Made by a program: the position numbers and the translations under genes. Below are positions 28,884 to 39,727 of a stretch of 64,000 nucleotides of DNA, in pieces. The stretch is from positions 1,984,001 to 2,048,000 of the forward strand of contig OY820579.1 of the NCBI GenBank assembly GCA_963681965.1. The letters are read 5' to 3'. Under the pieces are notes generated by a model that saw only the letters and a list, made by a program, of their open reading frames with translations, searched no databases and was not told the DNA's origin. Source of the stretch: a bacterium (lineage in GTDB: Bacteria; Electryoneota; JAOADG01). The stretch's first letter is position 1. The number at the start of each line of letters is the position of its first letter.

Positions 28884-30545
28884 TTGTTACGATTCGCACG
28901 CTTGCATCGATCAAATCGAGATTGTATGTTGCAATATAATATGCGATTGATTAGTGTCATACGGTTTTACTTTACCGCAGCAATGTTTCCTGCGATTCTT
29001 CTGCTCAGTCTGTTTTCGCCAGAGCAGGCTTGCGCTTATTCCAAAAAAGCAAAACCTTTTGCAATAGATTCCGTACGTTTTTTCGATTCGCTTGCCGCAT
29101 TGAATCGTCGATTGGCGATGGACAGTATCAAAGTACCCCTCCGCACGATCGAAGCAGTTCAACTTGATAGCGTTGAAGCGTTGGTTTTACTTGCCGATGC
29201 GCATTGGTCGGTTCACAACTATGACAAAGCCGGACTCTTCATTCGCGCTGCTTTCGCACAATACGGCACAATTACCCCGACGGGTGATGATTTCCCGGTT
29301 GGTCGATACGATTCGCTCTACGTCAAGTTGGTCAATAAGTACAAAACCTTCCTCGCCGTTTCACCAATTTTGCCACCGGAAACACCGCTTGAAGTGTTGC
29401 TGCAGGAAGATACCGAACATCTGAAAGTACCGAATGAAGTACGCGCTCGAGTCGATTCGTTGTTCCGAATAACACCGAAAGAAGCCAAAAAGTTTACCTC
29501 TATTTTCGATGAATTCGGTAAAAAGCAAAAAATACCCATGCGACCGGTGTTACCGGACAATGTCCCGTTGCCTCCTGTTCCAGTCGTAACCAACAAACGC
29601 GTGGAAAATGCTCTCACCTTCTTCTTATCACGTGGGTCTGGTGTCTATCAACGCTGGTTGGATCGTGCCGGTAGGATGTTGCCAGTAGTGCTGCCGATCC
29701 TGCGCGAAGAGGGAATTCCCGAAGAAATCTTCTGTCTCGCAATGATAGAATCCGGTCTGAATCCCAACGCTTATTCACGATCGCAAGCTGCCGGAATATA
29801 TCAATTTATCTCATCTACCGGCGAGCATTACGGATTGCAAACCGGTTGGTGGTACGATGAACGACGCAATCCGGAAAAAGCTGCTCACGCCGCTTGTAAG
29901 TACCTTCGAAAACTCTACAACGACTTTGGGGACTGGTATCTGGCGATGGCAGCTTACAATAGCGGTGAAGGTCGCATTGCCCGGGTAACTCGGCGGGAGC
30001 GGACTGCCGATTTCTGGAGAATGAAAGGGCTACCGCGTGAGACCCGAAATTATGTACCGACTTATCTCGCCAGTTTACTCCTCTTTCAAGAACCCGAGCG
30101 ATGGGGATTTAAACCCCCAGTACTTCAAAAACCGTGGCAATCGGATACCGTCAAGATCGAAGGCGTAATCGACTTAAATGTTGCCGGGAAAATTCTTGGC
30201 GTCTCAATTGACGAATTGAAATGGCGGAATCCGGAGTTAGTTCAGTTTTGTACCGACCCGACAGTCGAGCAATTCTTGCTGAAAGTTCCACGAGGGATGG
30301 GAAAACTACTTTCAGACTCACTTGGTAAAATGTCAACTAATCAAAAGATCCGATGGATTGAACATACTATTCGTAAAGGGGAATCCCTCCGATCTATTTC
30401 GCGAAAGTATGGAATTCCTGAAAAAGCAATCGCTGAGTTGCCTTGGAACACGGTTGGAATACGGAGTAAAAATCGCGTTGTTGTTGGATCGACTATAAAA
30501 ATACCGCTGCCAGTCGATGTTGCTGCTGACTCAACTTCTTCGTAA
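28884..30545 (+). CDS. mltD: Membrane-bound lytic murein transglycosylase D-like (SLT + LysM)
   Basis: LAMIESG, AAGIYQF, DERR.P, LAMAAYNSGEG, LPRETRNYVP, LysM H.IRKGESL.SIS.KYG. Start uncertain. Confidence 0.88.
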   Translation: MLRFARLHRSNRDCMLQYNMRLISVIRFYFTAAMFPAILLLSLFSPEQACAYSKKAKPFAIDSVRFFDSLAALNRRLAMDSIKVPLRTIEAVQLDSVEALVLLADAHWSVHNYDKAGLFIRAAFAQYGTITPTGDDFPVGRYDSLYVKLVNKYKTFLAVSPILPPETPLEVLLQEDTEHLKVPNEVRARVDSLFRITPKEAKKFTSIFDEFGKKQKIPMRPVLPDNVPLPPVPVVTNKRVENALTFFLSRGSGVYQRWLDRAGRMLPVVLPILREEGIPEEIFCLAMIESGLNPNAYSRSQAAGIYQFISSTGEHYGLQTGWWYDERRNPEKAAHAACKYLRKLYNDFGDWYLAMAAYNSGEGRIARVTRRERTADFWRMKGLPRETRNYVPTYLASLLLFQEPERWGFKPPVLQKPWQSDTVKIEGVIDLNVAGKILGVSIDELKWRNPELVQFCTDPTVEQFLLKVPRGMGKLLSDSLGKMSTNQKIRWIEHTIRKGESLRSISRKYGIPEKAIAELPWNTVGIRSKNRVVVGSTIKIPLPVDVAADSTSS

Positions 30546-30661
30546 CTTATTTAAATTAAGATGTAAGTTAGTTTATTCTCAATATAAAGTGAGCTAACTT
30601 ATTGAGCCTGAGTTACAATATCGCTGAAAATGTATTATTTTGTTCAGATTGGTTTTGACGA

Positions 30662-31600
30662 TTGGAGTCGATTTTGCGAAAAAAGGATGTGATCATCGGT
30701 GTTGGTGTGCTGGTCGTTTTTTCCATATTGTTTATTGTCGCTCTGAAGTTGTTCGCCGCACGTGACGACACTCCTACGGTTTCATTGGGGAGCAGTGGCG
30801 CTAAAGTAGGTATCGTCGAAGTGACGGGCGTCATCACAGATGCACGCAAAACAGTGGATTGGATTGACCAGTTACGCAAAAATAAATCGGTCAAAGCCGT
30901 TGTTATTCGCGTCGATTCACCGGGTGGCGCGGTAGGTCCCTCGCAGGAAATGTTCGAAGCCGTGAAAAAACTTCGAAAAGCAGGGAAGCGCGTGGTAATC
31001 TCAATGGGGTCGGTAGCTGCCAGTGGTGGATATTATCTGTCGATGGGCGGCGATACGATCATGGCGAATGCGGGAACGTTGACTGGATCGATCGGCGTAA
31101 TTATGCAGATGCCAGTCGTTAAGAAATTAGCCGACAAGATCGGGATCGGAATGGAGACGATCAAGTCGGGCAAGATGAAGGATGTCGGAAATATGTTCCG
31201 CGAGATGACGCCTGAAGAGCGGGCGTATCTCCAGTCGGCAATTGACGACACCTACGAACAATTTGTAGAAGCAGTCGCCGAAGGGCGGCACATGACGGTG
31301 GAACAGGTGAAAGTCTTAGCCGATGGACGCGTCTATACCGGACGACAAGCAAAAATGAATGGTCTGGTAGATTTATTGGGCACATACGACGACGCGATCC
31401 GTCTTGCAGCAAAGCTTGGGGGGATATCAGGAGAACCCAAACTGGTTAAGCCGAAACCGAAATTGAAAGGACTATTGGCGCTAATGTTGGGGGACGACGA
31501 AGAGAGTGCCGATGCCAAGAGTTCTTTGTTAAATCGTATACTACCGGGAAGTGTCAGTTCACTGACACCGTCCTTCGAATATCGATGGATCGTCGAATAA
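30662..31600 (+). CDS. sppA: Signal peptide peptidase SppA (S49)
   Basis: DSPGG, AASGGYY, TGSIGV, DGRVYTG. Confidence 0.94.
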   Translation: MESILRKKDVIIGVGVLVVFSILFIVALKLFAARDDTPTVSLGSSGAKVGIVEVTGVITDARKTVDWIDQLRKNKSVKAVVIRVDSPGGAVGPSQEMFEAVKKLRKAGKRVVISMGSVAASGGYYLSMGGDTIMANAGTLTGSIGVIMQMPVVKKLADKIGIGMETIKSGKMKDVGNMFREMTPEERAYLQSAIDDTYEQFVEAVAEGRHMTVEQVKVLADGRVYTGRQAKMNGLVDLLGTYDDAIRLAAKLGGISGEPKLVKPKPKLKGLLALMLGDDEESADAKSSLLNRILPGSVSSLTPSFEYRWIVE

Positions 31601-31816
31601 TCGATTTCCGATAGTGACATCATTCGGCAAGGCGATGTTTCTCGCTAATCCCGGTCGACACCGGGTTTCATCGTAACGGGTTTAACAAGCACTACTTTAC
31701 CATCAATTATCGCTGGCCGAACAACGAGCAAAACGGTTATCAATAAATTCCGCAGTTCGTTATTACGGCAAGGTGATCGGAATTAAAAAGTCGAATCATT
31801 TAACGTCGAGGATGCT

Positions 31817-32113
31817 ATGAGAAAAGCGGAATTAGTCGAACGCATCGCGAAACAAACCGGTATCACCCGGGTAGAAATTGCGACAGTGATCGACAGTTAT
31901 ATCGCTGAAGTACGAAACTCAGTAGCCGAAGGTCATACCATCGAATTGCGAGGTCTGGGATCGTTTTCATCCCGAACCCGTCGTGCGCGAATTGGAAAAA
32001 ATCCTCGCACGGGTACCAATGTCGAAGTACCGGCAAAACGTGTTCCATGCTTCCGGATCTCATTGGATTGGAAGAAGTCTCTTGTGATGCAAGAGGAAGA
32101 AGTCAAGGTTTAA
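31817..32113 (+). CDS. HU/IHF family DNA-binding protein
   Basis: M.KAELVE.IA...IELRGLGSF...R.GKNPRTG. Confidence 0.94.
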   Translation: MRKAELVERIAKQTGITRVEIATVIDSYIAEVRNSVAEGHTIELRGLGSFSSRTRRARIGKNPRTGTNVEVPAKRVPCFRISLDWKKSLVMQEEEVKV

Positions 32114-32139
32114 TCATTTATTACAGCTAGGAGGCTACA

Positions 32140-32235
32140 TTGCCCTGCGGTCGTAAACGAAAACGGCATAAGATTGCTACGCATAAGCGGAAGAAACGTC
32201 TTCGGAAGAACCGACATAAGAAGAAAATCCGCTAA
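32140..32235 (+). CDS. 30S ribosomal protein bS22-like (AURKAIP1/COX24 family) peptide, absent from the ORF track
   Basis: AGGAGG RBS and TTG start. Translates as MPCGRKRKRHKIATHKRKKRLRKNRHKKKIR*. Confidence 0.9.
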   Translation: MPCGRKRKRHKIATHKRKKRLRKNRHKKKIR

Positions 32236-32313
32236 GTAACAAAAGCGGTAGTGGGTGGTCATTGGTTCCTTTCCATTCTGGAAGGGGACGCTCGTTTGCG
32301 ATAGGACGGGGAT

Positions 32314-33558
32314 TTGAGACCTCCATCCGGTGAATATGGCGAGATTATTCCACTTTCAGTCGGAGATCTGACTTTAAAAATCAAGACCCTACTTGAGAGT
32401 GGAATAGAAGCATGCTGGGTTGAAGCGGAAATTTCCAATTTAACCTATGCCACTTCCGGTCATGTTTATTTTACGTTAAAAGACGCGCGATCGCAGATCG
32501 GTTGCGCGGCTTGGCGTTCAAGTGCGCGTGCATTTCCGGTTCGATTGGCGAACGGGATGAAAATACTTGCCTTTGGTTCGGTGCAAGTATATGAGCCACG
32601 CGGTCAGTATCAACTGATTGTCGAAAAGGTTATTCCTGCTGGTGTCGGACTCCTTCAACTCCAATATGAAGAGTTGAAACGACGTCTTGCTGCCGAAGGG
32701 TTATTCGACGAAGATCGAAAGCAACCGTTGCCGCAATTTCCAATGCGGATTGGTATTGTAACCAGTCCGACTGGTGCGGCAATTGAAGATATGTTGCGGA
32801 TACTGGGTGAACGCTGGTCAGTCGCTGAAGTCGTACTTGCACCAGTCAAGGTACAAGGCGAAGGTTCGGCGGCGGAGATCGCCGCGGCAATTGAGAAGTT
32901 CGATCGATTTTGTGGACCCGATGCCCATTCTGAGCGTCGGGTTGATGTGTTGATTATCGGTCGCGGCGGTGGTTCGCTCGAAGATCTCTGGTCGTTCAAC
33001 GAAGAAATTGTCGTGCGAGCAGTATCCGCTTGCCGGATTCCAATCGTGTCCGCAGTCGGTCATGAAGTTGACGTGGCGCTGACCGATTTTGCCGCAGACC
33101 TTCGCGCTCCAACCCCAACCGGCGCCGCTCAAATGGTGACACCATCATGCGAGGATTGGTTGGAATGGATTAGCGATCAGCGTAGTAAACTCTCGCTAGG
33201 TCTGGCGCGTAAACTTAAAAATGAGCGACAGCGGCTGGAGCAATTGTCGAAACGAAGCGGTTTCCGCCGCCCGATCGATCGGTTGATGCAACTTTCGCAG
33301 CACGTCGACGATCTTGAACGACGTTTCCGGTTGGCGTTCCAGACTGTCCTCCGGCGCAACACCGAACAGATTCGAACCTTACAATTGCGGTTTGAGGCGT
33401 TGAATCCCTTGCGATTGTTATCGCGCGGATATTCTGTTGTCAAATTGTCAAATGGCACTATTGTTCGATCTCCGAATCAAGCGCCACCCGGAACCGGAAT
33501 TTCGATTTTAGTACAGGAAGGCGAAATAATCGCTACCACTCACGAGCGGAGAGGATGA
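32314..33558 (+). CDS. xseA: Exodeoxyribonuclease VII large subunit
   Basis: SGHVYFTLKD, VTSPTGAA, GRGGGSLEDLWSFNEE, VGHEVD, TPTGAA. Confidence 0.97.
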   Translation: MRPPSGEYGEIIPLSVGDLTLKIKTLLESGIEACWVEAEISNLTYATSGHVYFTLKDARSQIGCAAWRSSARAFPVRLANGMKILAFGSVQVYEPRGQYQLIVEKVIPAGVGLLQLQYEELKRRLAAEGLFDEDRKQPLPQFPMRIGIVTSPTGAAIEDMLRILGERWSVAEVVLAPVKVQGEGSAAEIAAAIEKFDRFCGPDAHSERRVDVLIIGRGGGSLEDLWSFNEEIVVRAVSACRIPIVSAVGHEVDVALTDFAADLRAPTPTGAAQMVTPSCEDWLEWISDQRSKLSLGLARKLKNERQRLEQLSKRSGFRRPIDRLMQLSQHVDDLERRFRLAFQTVLRRNTEQIRTLQLRFEALNPLRLLSRGYSVVKLSNGTIVRSPNQAPPGTGISILVQEGEIIATTHERRG

Positions 33559-33794
33559 TGTCCGAACCGAAACAAGACTTGCTTGCTAACGATCCCGAAC
33601 AACTCAGTTTCGAAGCGGCGATCGAACGATTGGAAGAGTTGGCATTGCAATTGGAAAACGGCGAGATCTCGATAGAGTCCTCGCTGGCTGCCTATGAAGA
33701 GGGGCAAAAACTTTTTCAACTCTGCCAGCAGAAATTGACGGATGCCGAAAAGAAACTTCGTCAGTTGGATGAACTGGTCGATACCCCATCATGA
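33555..33794 (+). CDS. xseB: Exodeoxyribonuclease VII small subunit
   Basis: SFEAAIERLEE...LENGE...YEEG, coupled to xseA. Confidence 0.95.
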   Translation: MMSEPKQDLLANDPEQLSFEAAIERLEELALQLENGEISIESSLAAYEEGQKLFQLCQQKLTDAEKKLRQLDELVDTPS

Positions 33795-34675
33795 ACTCAC
33801 CCCGTCGAATCGGCATTTTTGCCAATCTGCACAAGCCGAAAGTATGGGAAGAAGTTCCCAAATACTTGCGCTGGATCGCCGATCGCGATATTGAAATCGT
33901 GATCGATGAAGCAATCGCCAAGATCGAGAAAATCGACGGATTGGAATACATTCCACTCACAGAAGCGGCGAAACGGGTTGATCTGATTCTCTCATTCGGT
34001 GGCGATGGTACGTTACTTCGGTGCGTGAACGAAGTCGGCAATTCCGAAACCCCGATTCTCGGTATCAACCTTGGTAGTCTCGGCTATCTGGCAGAACTAT
34101 CGATTACCGAACTGTACCGACACACCGACACAATCCTTAATTGCGATATTCCGATCGAAAACCGATTACTGTTACGCGCAATCAAGAAAGATAGCGAGAA
34201 CAAACCGCTATTGGCTTTGAACGATTTTGTTTTCGATCGCGGCGATCACAGCCGCACGATCCGCATCCGTACATCCATTGATGGAATCTATCTCAATACT
34301 TACACCGCCGATGGCATTATTCTATCGACACCAACCGGATCCACCGGATATTCGCTGTCTGCCGGCGGACCAATTCTCGAACCGACACTCGATGCGCTGA
34401 TTATCAATCCGATCTGTCCGCACACGCTCGCTCATCGACCGGTCGTCGTCCGCGGTGATCGAAAACTGACGATTGAGACCGATCCCGGATTCACCGCGAA
34501 TGTTATGGTCGACGGCGAGTATGTCGATACCCTCGAGTACGGTCAAACAATGGAGATCAGTCGCGCACCATTTGCCGCCAAATTGGTTAATTTCACCGGA
34601 AAATTGTTCTATCAAGTCTTGCGCGAGAAACTGCGATGGGGCGAAGATTCCCGCCACCCTGAAAGGGAAAACTAA
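33791..34675 (+). CDS. nadK: NAD kinase
   Basis: GGDGT, GINLG.LGYL, LND, DG...STPTGSTGYSLSAGGP. Confidence 0.96.
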   Translation: MNSPRRIGIFANLHKPKVWEEVPKYLRWIADRDIEIVIDEAIAKIEKIDGLEYIPLTEAAKRVDLILSFGGDGTLLRCVNEVGNSETPILGINLGSLGYLAELSITELYRHTDTILNCDIPIENRLLLRAIKKDSENKPLLALNDFVFDRGDHSRTIRIRTSIDGIYLNTYTADGIILSTPTGSTGYSLSAGGPILEPTLDALIINPICPHTLAHRPVVVRGDRKLTIETDPGFTANVMVDGEYVDTLEYGQTMEISRAPFAAKLVNFTGKLFYQVLREKLRWGEDSRHPEREN

Positions 34676-34677
34676 CT

Positions 34678-35583
34678 TTGGGCTTTTTTAGTAAAATCAA
34701 AGAGACTTTGACGAAAACCCGTACCGCCATTGTTGAGCGGGTTACGGAACTCGTCACTGGTCGACCGCATATCGATGCTACTGTCCTGAGCGATTTGGAA
34801 GAGATTTTAATATCCGCCGATTTCGGACCGGATATCGCCGCGCGGATCGTTGCCGATGTGAAGCAACGAGTGCAAAAAGGGGAGAGCGACTCATCCGGAT
34901 TAAAACGGTTAATTCGCGATGCACTCATTAAACTACTTCCATCCAGTTCAAACGAAATGCCGACCAATAAACCTCATGTTGTGCTGTTGGTTGGCGTCAA
35001 TGGATCGGGAAAGACCACTACACTGGGCAAGTTGGCGAACTACTACAGTAAGCAGGGACTCTCCGTGATTGCCGCTGCTGGCGATACTTTCCGTGCCGCC
35101 GCGGTCGAGCAATTGGAAGTCTGGGCGAAGCGTTCAGGCGCCGATTTCATTTCCGCAAAAGAAGGTGCCGATCCTGCCTCCGTCGCTCATGATGCCGTTT
35201 CCGCCGGGGTATCGCGCAACCGGGATATCGTCTTGATCGACACCGCCGGTCGATTGCAGGCAAAGAAAAATTTAATGGCGGAACTGGAAAAAGTTGTTCG
35301 AGTAATCGGTAAAGCGTTACCGGGTGCTCCACACGAAGTTCTGCTGGTGCTCGATGGCACCACTGGACAGAATGCGCTTTCACAAGCTGACATTTTCGGC
35401 AAGCAAGCAGGTGTTACCGGTCTGATCTTAACCAAACTGGATGGTACCGCCAAAGGCGGTTTTGTCTTTGCCATCAAAGAACGACTGGATCTTCCGGTCA
35501 AATGGATTGGTACCGGTGAAAAGATGGACGATCTGGAACCATTCGATGCCGTTAGCTTTGCCGAGGCGGTGGTCGGCGAATGA
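34678..35583 (+). CDS. ftsY: SRP receptor FtsY (NG domain only)
   Basis: GVNGSGKTTT, DTFRAAA, DTAGR, TKLDGTAKGG. Confidence 0.97.
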   Translation: MGFFSKIKETLTKTRTAIVERVTELVTGRPHIDATVLSDLEEILISADFGPDIAARIVADVKQRVQKGESDSSGLKRLIRDALIKLLPSSSNEMPTNKPHVVLLVGVNGSGKTTTLGKLANYYSKQGLSVIAAAGDTFRAAAVEQLEVWAKRSGADFISAKEGADPASVAHDAVSAGVSRNRDIVLIDTAGRLQAKKNLMAELEKVVRVIGKALPGAPHEVLLVLDGTTGQNALSQADIFGKQAGVTGLILTKLDGTAKGGFVFAIKERLDLPVKWIGTGEKMDDLEPFDAVSFAEAVVGE

Positions 35584-36899
35584 ACCGTTCGGCAAGTCGC
35601 GGCGTTCATTTAGTACAATTGGGTTGTTCGAAGAACTCAGTCGACGGTGAACGCTTTTTAGGTTTACTGGAAAGTCGCGGTGTTACTGTCGAGCGCAACG
35701 CTCGCAAGGCACGTGCCGTTGTCGTCAATACCTGTGGTTTTATCGAACCAGCGCGAGAAGAAGCGGTTAATGAAATTCTCGATGCCGTGAAATTGAAACT
35801 CGATGGTTTTATTGACGAAGTCTACGTCATCGGTTGTCTTGCCACACGAAGTGGCGATGAGCTGCAGCGCGAACTACCGGAAGTCGACGGGGTGTACGGC
35901 GTCACCGAATGGTCGAAACTGGTCGAGCGCCTTACCCGCGATGAAGGACCAATTTCGTTGCGAGGACCAATCCCGCGCCACTTGCTGACCCCGAAGCATA
36001 CCGCGTTTTTGCGCATTGCCGATGGTTGCAATCGGGCATGTTCCTATTGTGCGATCCCGTCGATGCGCGGTCGGTATCTATCGACCCCATTGCCTGAATT
36101 GTTGATTGAAGCCGAAGGGTTGCGTAAGAAGGGTGTCAAAGAATTAATTGTCGTCGCGCAGGAGATCAATGACTACGGTCGCGATCTCGGCAAGCCGGAG
36201 CTGTTTGCGGAATTGATGTCCGGTCTCGATCAGTTGGCATTCCCTTGGCTGCGTGTATTGTACACCCATCCGCCAGCGATCGATGATCGTTTTATCGAAA
36301 TATTGGCTGGCACAAAATCGCTGGTGCCGTATATAGACTATCCGATCGAGCACAGCCACCCAAAAATCCTCTGGTCGATGGGTCGTAAGAAAGTACCGGA
36401 ATTCTTACTGACAGGAATTGAAAAAATTCGCGCTGCGATTCCCGAAGTGGTATTACGCACCAGTATTATTGTTGGATATCCCGGTGAAGGGGAGGATGAA
36501 TTCGAGCAACTCTGCGAATTTGTCACGACCGCAAAATTCGAACGGTTGGGTGTTTTCCTTTATTCCCATGAAGAGGGTACGCGAGCAGCAAAGTTATCGG
36601 ATCCCGCAGCACCAAGCGAAGTAGCGGAAGAGCGCCGTGAAGAGTTGTTGGATATCGGTTTTGAATGTGCCGAGGCATTCCATCAGAGTAAAGTGGGACG
36701 ACAAGTCGAAGTATTGGTGGAAGGGGTCGAACACGGTACGGCATGGGGTCGCACCAAATGGGATGCACCGGAGATCGACTACCGCGTCGAATTCGAGCAT
36801 GGTGCCGTTCGAACGGGTAAATTAGTGACGACGGAACTAACCTCGTCATGGGAAGGCGGTTGGCGCGGTCACCCGGTCAACACAATCGCATTATCTTAG
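35580..36899 (+). CDS. rimO: Ribosomal protein S12 methylthiotransferase RimO
   Basis: LGCSKN.VD, NTCGFIE.A, radical-SAM CNRACSYC, DAPEID. Confidence 0.95.
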   Translation: MNRSASRGVHLVQLGCSKNSVDGERFLGLLESRGVTVERNARKARAVVVNTCGFIEPAREEAVNEILDAVKLKLDGFIDEVYVIGCLATRSGDELQRELPEVDGVYGVTEWSKLVERLTRDEGPISLRGPIPRHLLTPKHTAFLRIADGCNRACSYCAIPSMRGRYLSTPLPELLIEAEGLRKKGVKELIVVAQEINDYGRDLGKPELFAELMSGLDQLAFPWLRVLYTHPPAIDDRFIEILAGTKSLVPYIDYPIEHSHPKILWSMGRKKVPEFLLTGIEKIRAAIPEVVLRTSIIVGYPGEGEDEFEQLCEFVTTAKFERLGVFLYSHEEGTRAAKLSDPAAPSEVAEERREELLDIGFECAEAFHQSKVGRQVEVLVEGVEHGTAWGRTKWDAPEIDYRVEFEHGAVRTGKLVTTELTSSWEGGWRGHPVNTIALS

Positions 36900-36936
36900 T
36901 ATCTTCGTATCTCTTGTAACGACGAACGGAAGTGGC

Positions 36937-38208
36937 ATGAACGGACGTACGGTTGGCACGATTTTTTTCCTATTGACGATGATTACCCTCGTCTGCGCGC
37001 AATCGCAGTCGTATGGTCCGAATATCGATCAGGAAATCGGCGTTCCGAAGTTTAAACTCGAACCGGAAATGCTTTTTTCCGAACAATCGAATCGCTCGCG
37101 GGTACTGATTACATTGCGCATTCCTTACGGTTCTTTCCAATATGTCAAACGCGATTCAAGTTATCTCGCCAGTTTCGAAATCACTGCCGAACTAAAGTGC
37201 CTCGATAAAAAACGCCGGAAGGAACCCGGCACTGTCCGATTTTGGCTCGATTCACTAGTATTGCCGACATTCAAGAAGACTGTTAGTCGTACCGAATATT
37301 ATTACTTCAAGAATTCGATCGATGTCGATCCGGGTACCTACAAATTAAAAGTTCGTTTGACCGATATCGATACTCGCTTGAGTTGGGAAGAAACTTCAGA
37401 TCTTACTCTTTTCAATCGTTCCGGTGATAGTCTATCCGTCACTGCACCCATTCTTGTAAAATGGCTCGATCGAGTAGATCAACCGACCGATTTTATTCCG
37501 GCAAATACTGCTCTGTTCTATCCGGGAAAAGATACTGCGTGGATCTACGTTCAAATGATTCCGGTGGGGAGTGGTACACTGAAGATTCATGAGCGGATCG
37601 TGAAAGATCAAGGTGATGCAGCATTAGATACGATTCGGTATCTCGAACCCGATCGCCGGGCGTATGCGATATCATTTCCCGTTCCAATAAATACACTTGG
37701 TTCCGGTACATACCAACACACTTTTATCTTCGAGCAAGCTGGACAGCGCATTGCACGAGTGATCAAGTATCGTATTGGCATCCTTGGCATTCCATCGCAG
37801 ATTGTCGATTTCGAGAAGGCAATCAAGCAATTGAAATATGTTTTACCGGAAGAAGATGTCGACAAGATGTTGAAGTTGAGTCCGGTGAATCGCGAGAAAG
37901 CATTACGCAAATTTTGGGATGCCCGCGATCCGACACCGACTGGAACTATCAACGATAAGATGCAGGAATATTATCGACGGGTCGATATTGCCAATCAACG
38001 CTTCACGCGCTCTCGCGAAGGGTGGGAAACCGATCGCGGAATGGTACTAGTTCTCTTTGGCGAACCCAATGAGATCGACGCGCACCCCTTTGTGACACAA
38101 GGAAAACCCTACGAAAAGTGGTTCTATTCTAACTCCAATCAGCACTTTACCTTTGTCGATTACGACGGGTTCGGTGACTATCGGTTGATCACGCCACTAT
38201 GGGATTGA
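36937..38208 (+). CDS. GWxTD domain-containing secreted protein
   Basis: Signal peptide. FW..RDPTP...EYYRRV..AN.RF....GWETDRG. Confidence 0.9.
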   Translation: MNGRTVGTIFFLLTMITLVCAQSQSYGPNIDQEIGVPKFKLEPEMLFSEQSNRSRVLITLRIPYGSFQYVKRDSSYLASFEITAELKCLDKKRRKEPGTVRFWLDSLVLPTFKKTVSRTEYYYFKNSIDVDPGTYKLKVRLTDIDTRLSWEETSDLTLFNRSGDSLSVTAPILVKWLDRVDQPTDFIPANTALFYPGKDTAWIYVQMIPVGSGTLKIHERIVKDQGDAALDTIRYLEPDRRAYAISFPVPINTLGSGTYQHTFIFEQAGQRIARVIKYRIGILGIPSQIVDFEKAIKQLKYVLPEEDVDKMLKLSPVNREKALRKFWDARDPTPTGTINDKMQEYYRRVDIANQRFTRSREGWETDRGMVLVLFGEPNEIDAHPFVTQGKPYEKWFYSNSNQHFTFVDYDGFGDYRLITPLWD

Positions 38209-39125
38209 ACCGCCGTTCCGTACCACCACCGCTACCGGATGATGCGCTGATCCGGGTGATTGCACCTGCCGGACCGTCGAACGCCGAGAAACTTGCCCAT
38301 GGTGTCGCCGAATTATCCTCGCTGGGATATCGGGTCGAATGCAGCCCCGGTTGTACGTTTGAAGGGAAGCGCGAACACTATCTTGCAGCCGACGACGAAC
38401 GTCGCGGTAAAGATCTCGTAAGCGCGATCTGTAAACACGATTGCGATGCAGTGATGGTTACACGCGGTGGCTACGGCACCATGCGCTTGTTGGAACAGAT
38501 CCCATATCCGGGTGTAAAAAACAAGTGGATTGCCGGATTCTCCGATCTCACGGCACTCTCGCTTGCACTCTACGAACGACGTCGAATGGTAACACTCAGT
38601 GGTCCGATCATAGCTGCATCGGACAGTTTTTCCACCACCGGACCGACAGTTCAGACATGGCATCACTGGGTGACCGACGGTACTCCTGTCGAATATCCTG
38701 TCACTCCGTATAAGTCCGGACATTCTCACGGGGTTTTACTCGGCGGTTGTCTTTCATTAATTTGTGCCCTGTGGGGTACACGCTATTCCCCATCGTACCA
38801 GAATGCAATTTTATTGCTGGAAGATATCGACGAGCCGGAATACAAGATCGACCGGATGCTCACGCAATTGGCGCTGGGCGGTGTCTTCCAACGGGTGGCG
38901 GGTGTCGTGATTGGACAATTCTGCAATGCCGATTTTGTCGCACAGCAGCATTGGAGTGAATTTGCCGCAAAACGGATCTGCGAATTGCTGGGACAACGCC
39001 GTGTCCCGGTCGTGATAGGATTTCCGTATGGTCATTTCGGCAATCGGGTAACGGTGCCGATCGGTGGCGACGCCATCATCGACAAACAACAACTAATTTT
39101 GGCATTACCGGAGCGAAAATCGTGA
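38199..39125 (+). CDS. ldcA: LD-carboxypeptidase (peptidase S66)
   Basis: RGGYG, GFSDLT, LEDIDE, FPYGH. Confidence 0.9.
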   Translation: MGLNRRSVPPPLPDDALIRVIAPAGPSNAEKLAHGVAELSSLGYRVECSPGCTFEGKREHYLAADDERRGKDLVSAICKHDCDAVMVTRGGYGTMRLLEQIPYPGVKNKWIAGFSDLTALSLALYERRRMVTLSGPIIAASDSFSTTGPTVQTWHHWVTDGTPVEYPVTPYKSGHSHGVLLGGCLSLICALWGTRYSPSYQNAILLLEDIDEPEYKIDRMLTQLALGGVFQRVAGVVIGQFCNADFVAQQHWSEFAAKRICELLGQRRVPVVIGFPYGHFGNRVTVPIGGDAIIDKQQLILALPERKS

Positions 39126-39727
39126 AACTGAATGTCGCCCTCTTTGTTTCGGGAACCGGTTCGAATGCGCGTGTATTGCTGGAAGCGATACGCGACGGTT
39201 GGATCGCCGGCGAACCGGTGCTGCTTATCTCCGACCGCGAATGTGTTGCCGAGCAGTTGGGTGTCGAATTCAATGTGCCGGTCAAGCGACTCGTACCGAA
39301 AGAATTTTCATCGAATGACATCTGGCAATATGCCGTCACGCAAGCGGTGTTGATGCGCAATGCCCAATTTATCGCGCTATGCGGTTATCTCCGGCTGCTT
39401 CCGGGTGAGCTCTGTCGCGAATTTCCGAATCGAATATTGAATATTCACCCCGGACCATTGCCGCAATTCGGCGGCAAGGGGATGTGGGGACATCACGTCC
39501 ACGATGCCGTATTGGCATCCGGATGCAAATGGAGCGGTCCGACAGTTCACTATGTGAATGAAATTTACGATGCCGGCGATATCGTCGCGCATGTCCCCGT
39601 ACCGGTTCTCGAAGGGGACACTGCTGAGACGCTCGGAAAGCGAGTATTAAATGTCGAACACCGGTTGTACCCGGTGGTCGTGGCGCAGACGATCGGAAAG
39701 TATCTGCAACTGAAGACTGGCGAGTGA
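39122..39727 (+). CDS. purN: Phosphoribosylglycinamide formyltransferase
   Basis: SGTGSN, NIHP..LP.FGG.G, G.TVH.V...YD.G, EH. Confidence 0.95.
   Translation: MKLNVALFVSGTGSNARVLLEAIRDGWIAGEPVLLISDRECVAEQLGVEFNVPVKRLVPKEFSSNDIWQYAVTQAVLMRNAQFIALCGYLRLLPGELCREFPNRILNIHPGPLPQFGGKGMWGHHVHDAVLASGCKWSGPTVHYVNEIYDAGDIVAHVPVPVLEGDTAETLGKRVLNVEHRLYPVVVAQTIGKYLQLKTGE

Noticed and set aside
31601-31816. Structured ncRNA (6S-like) between sppA and HU
   Set aside because: Only short terminal complementarity (TTCCGAT/ATCGGAA) and one small hairpin; insufficient without a covariance search.
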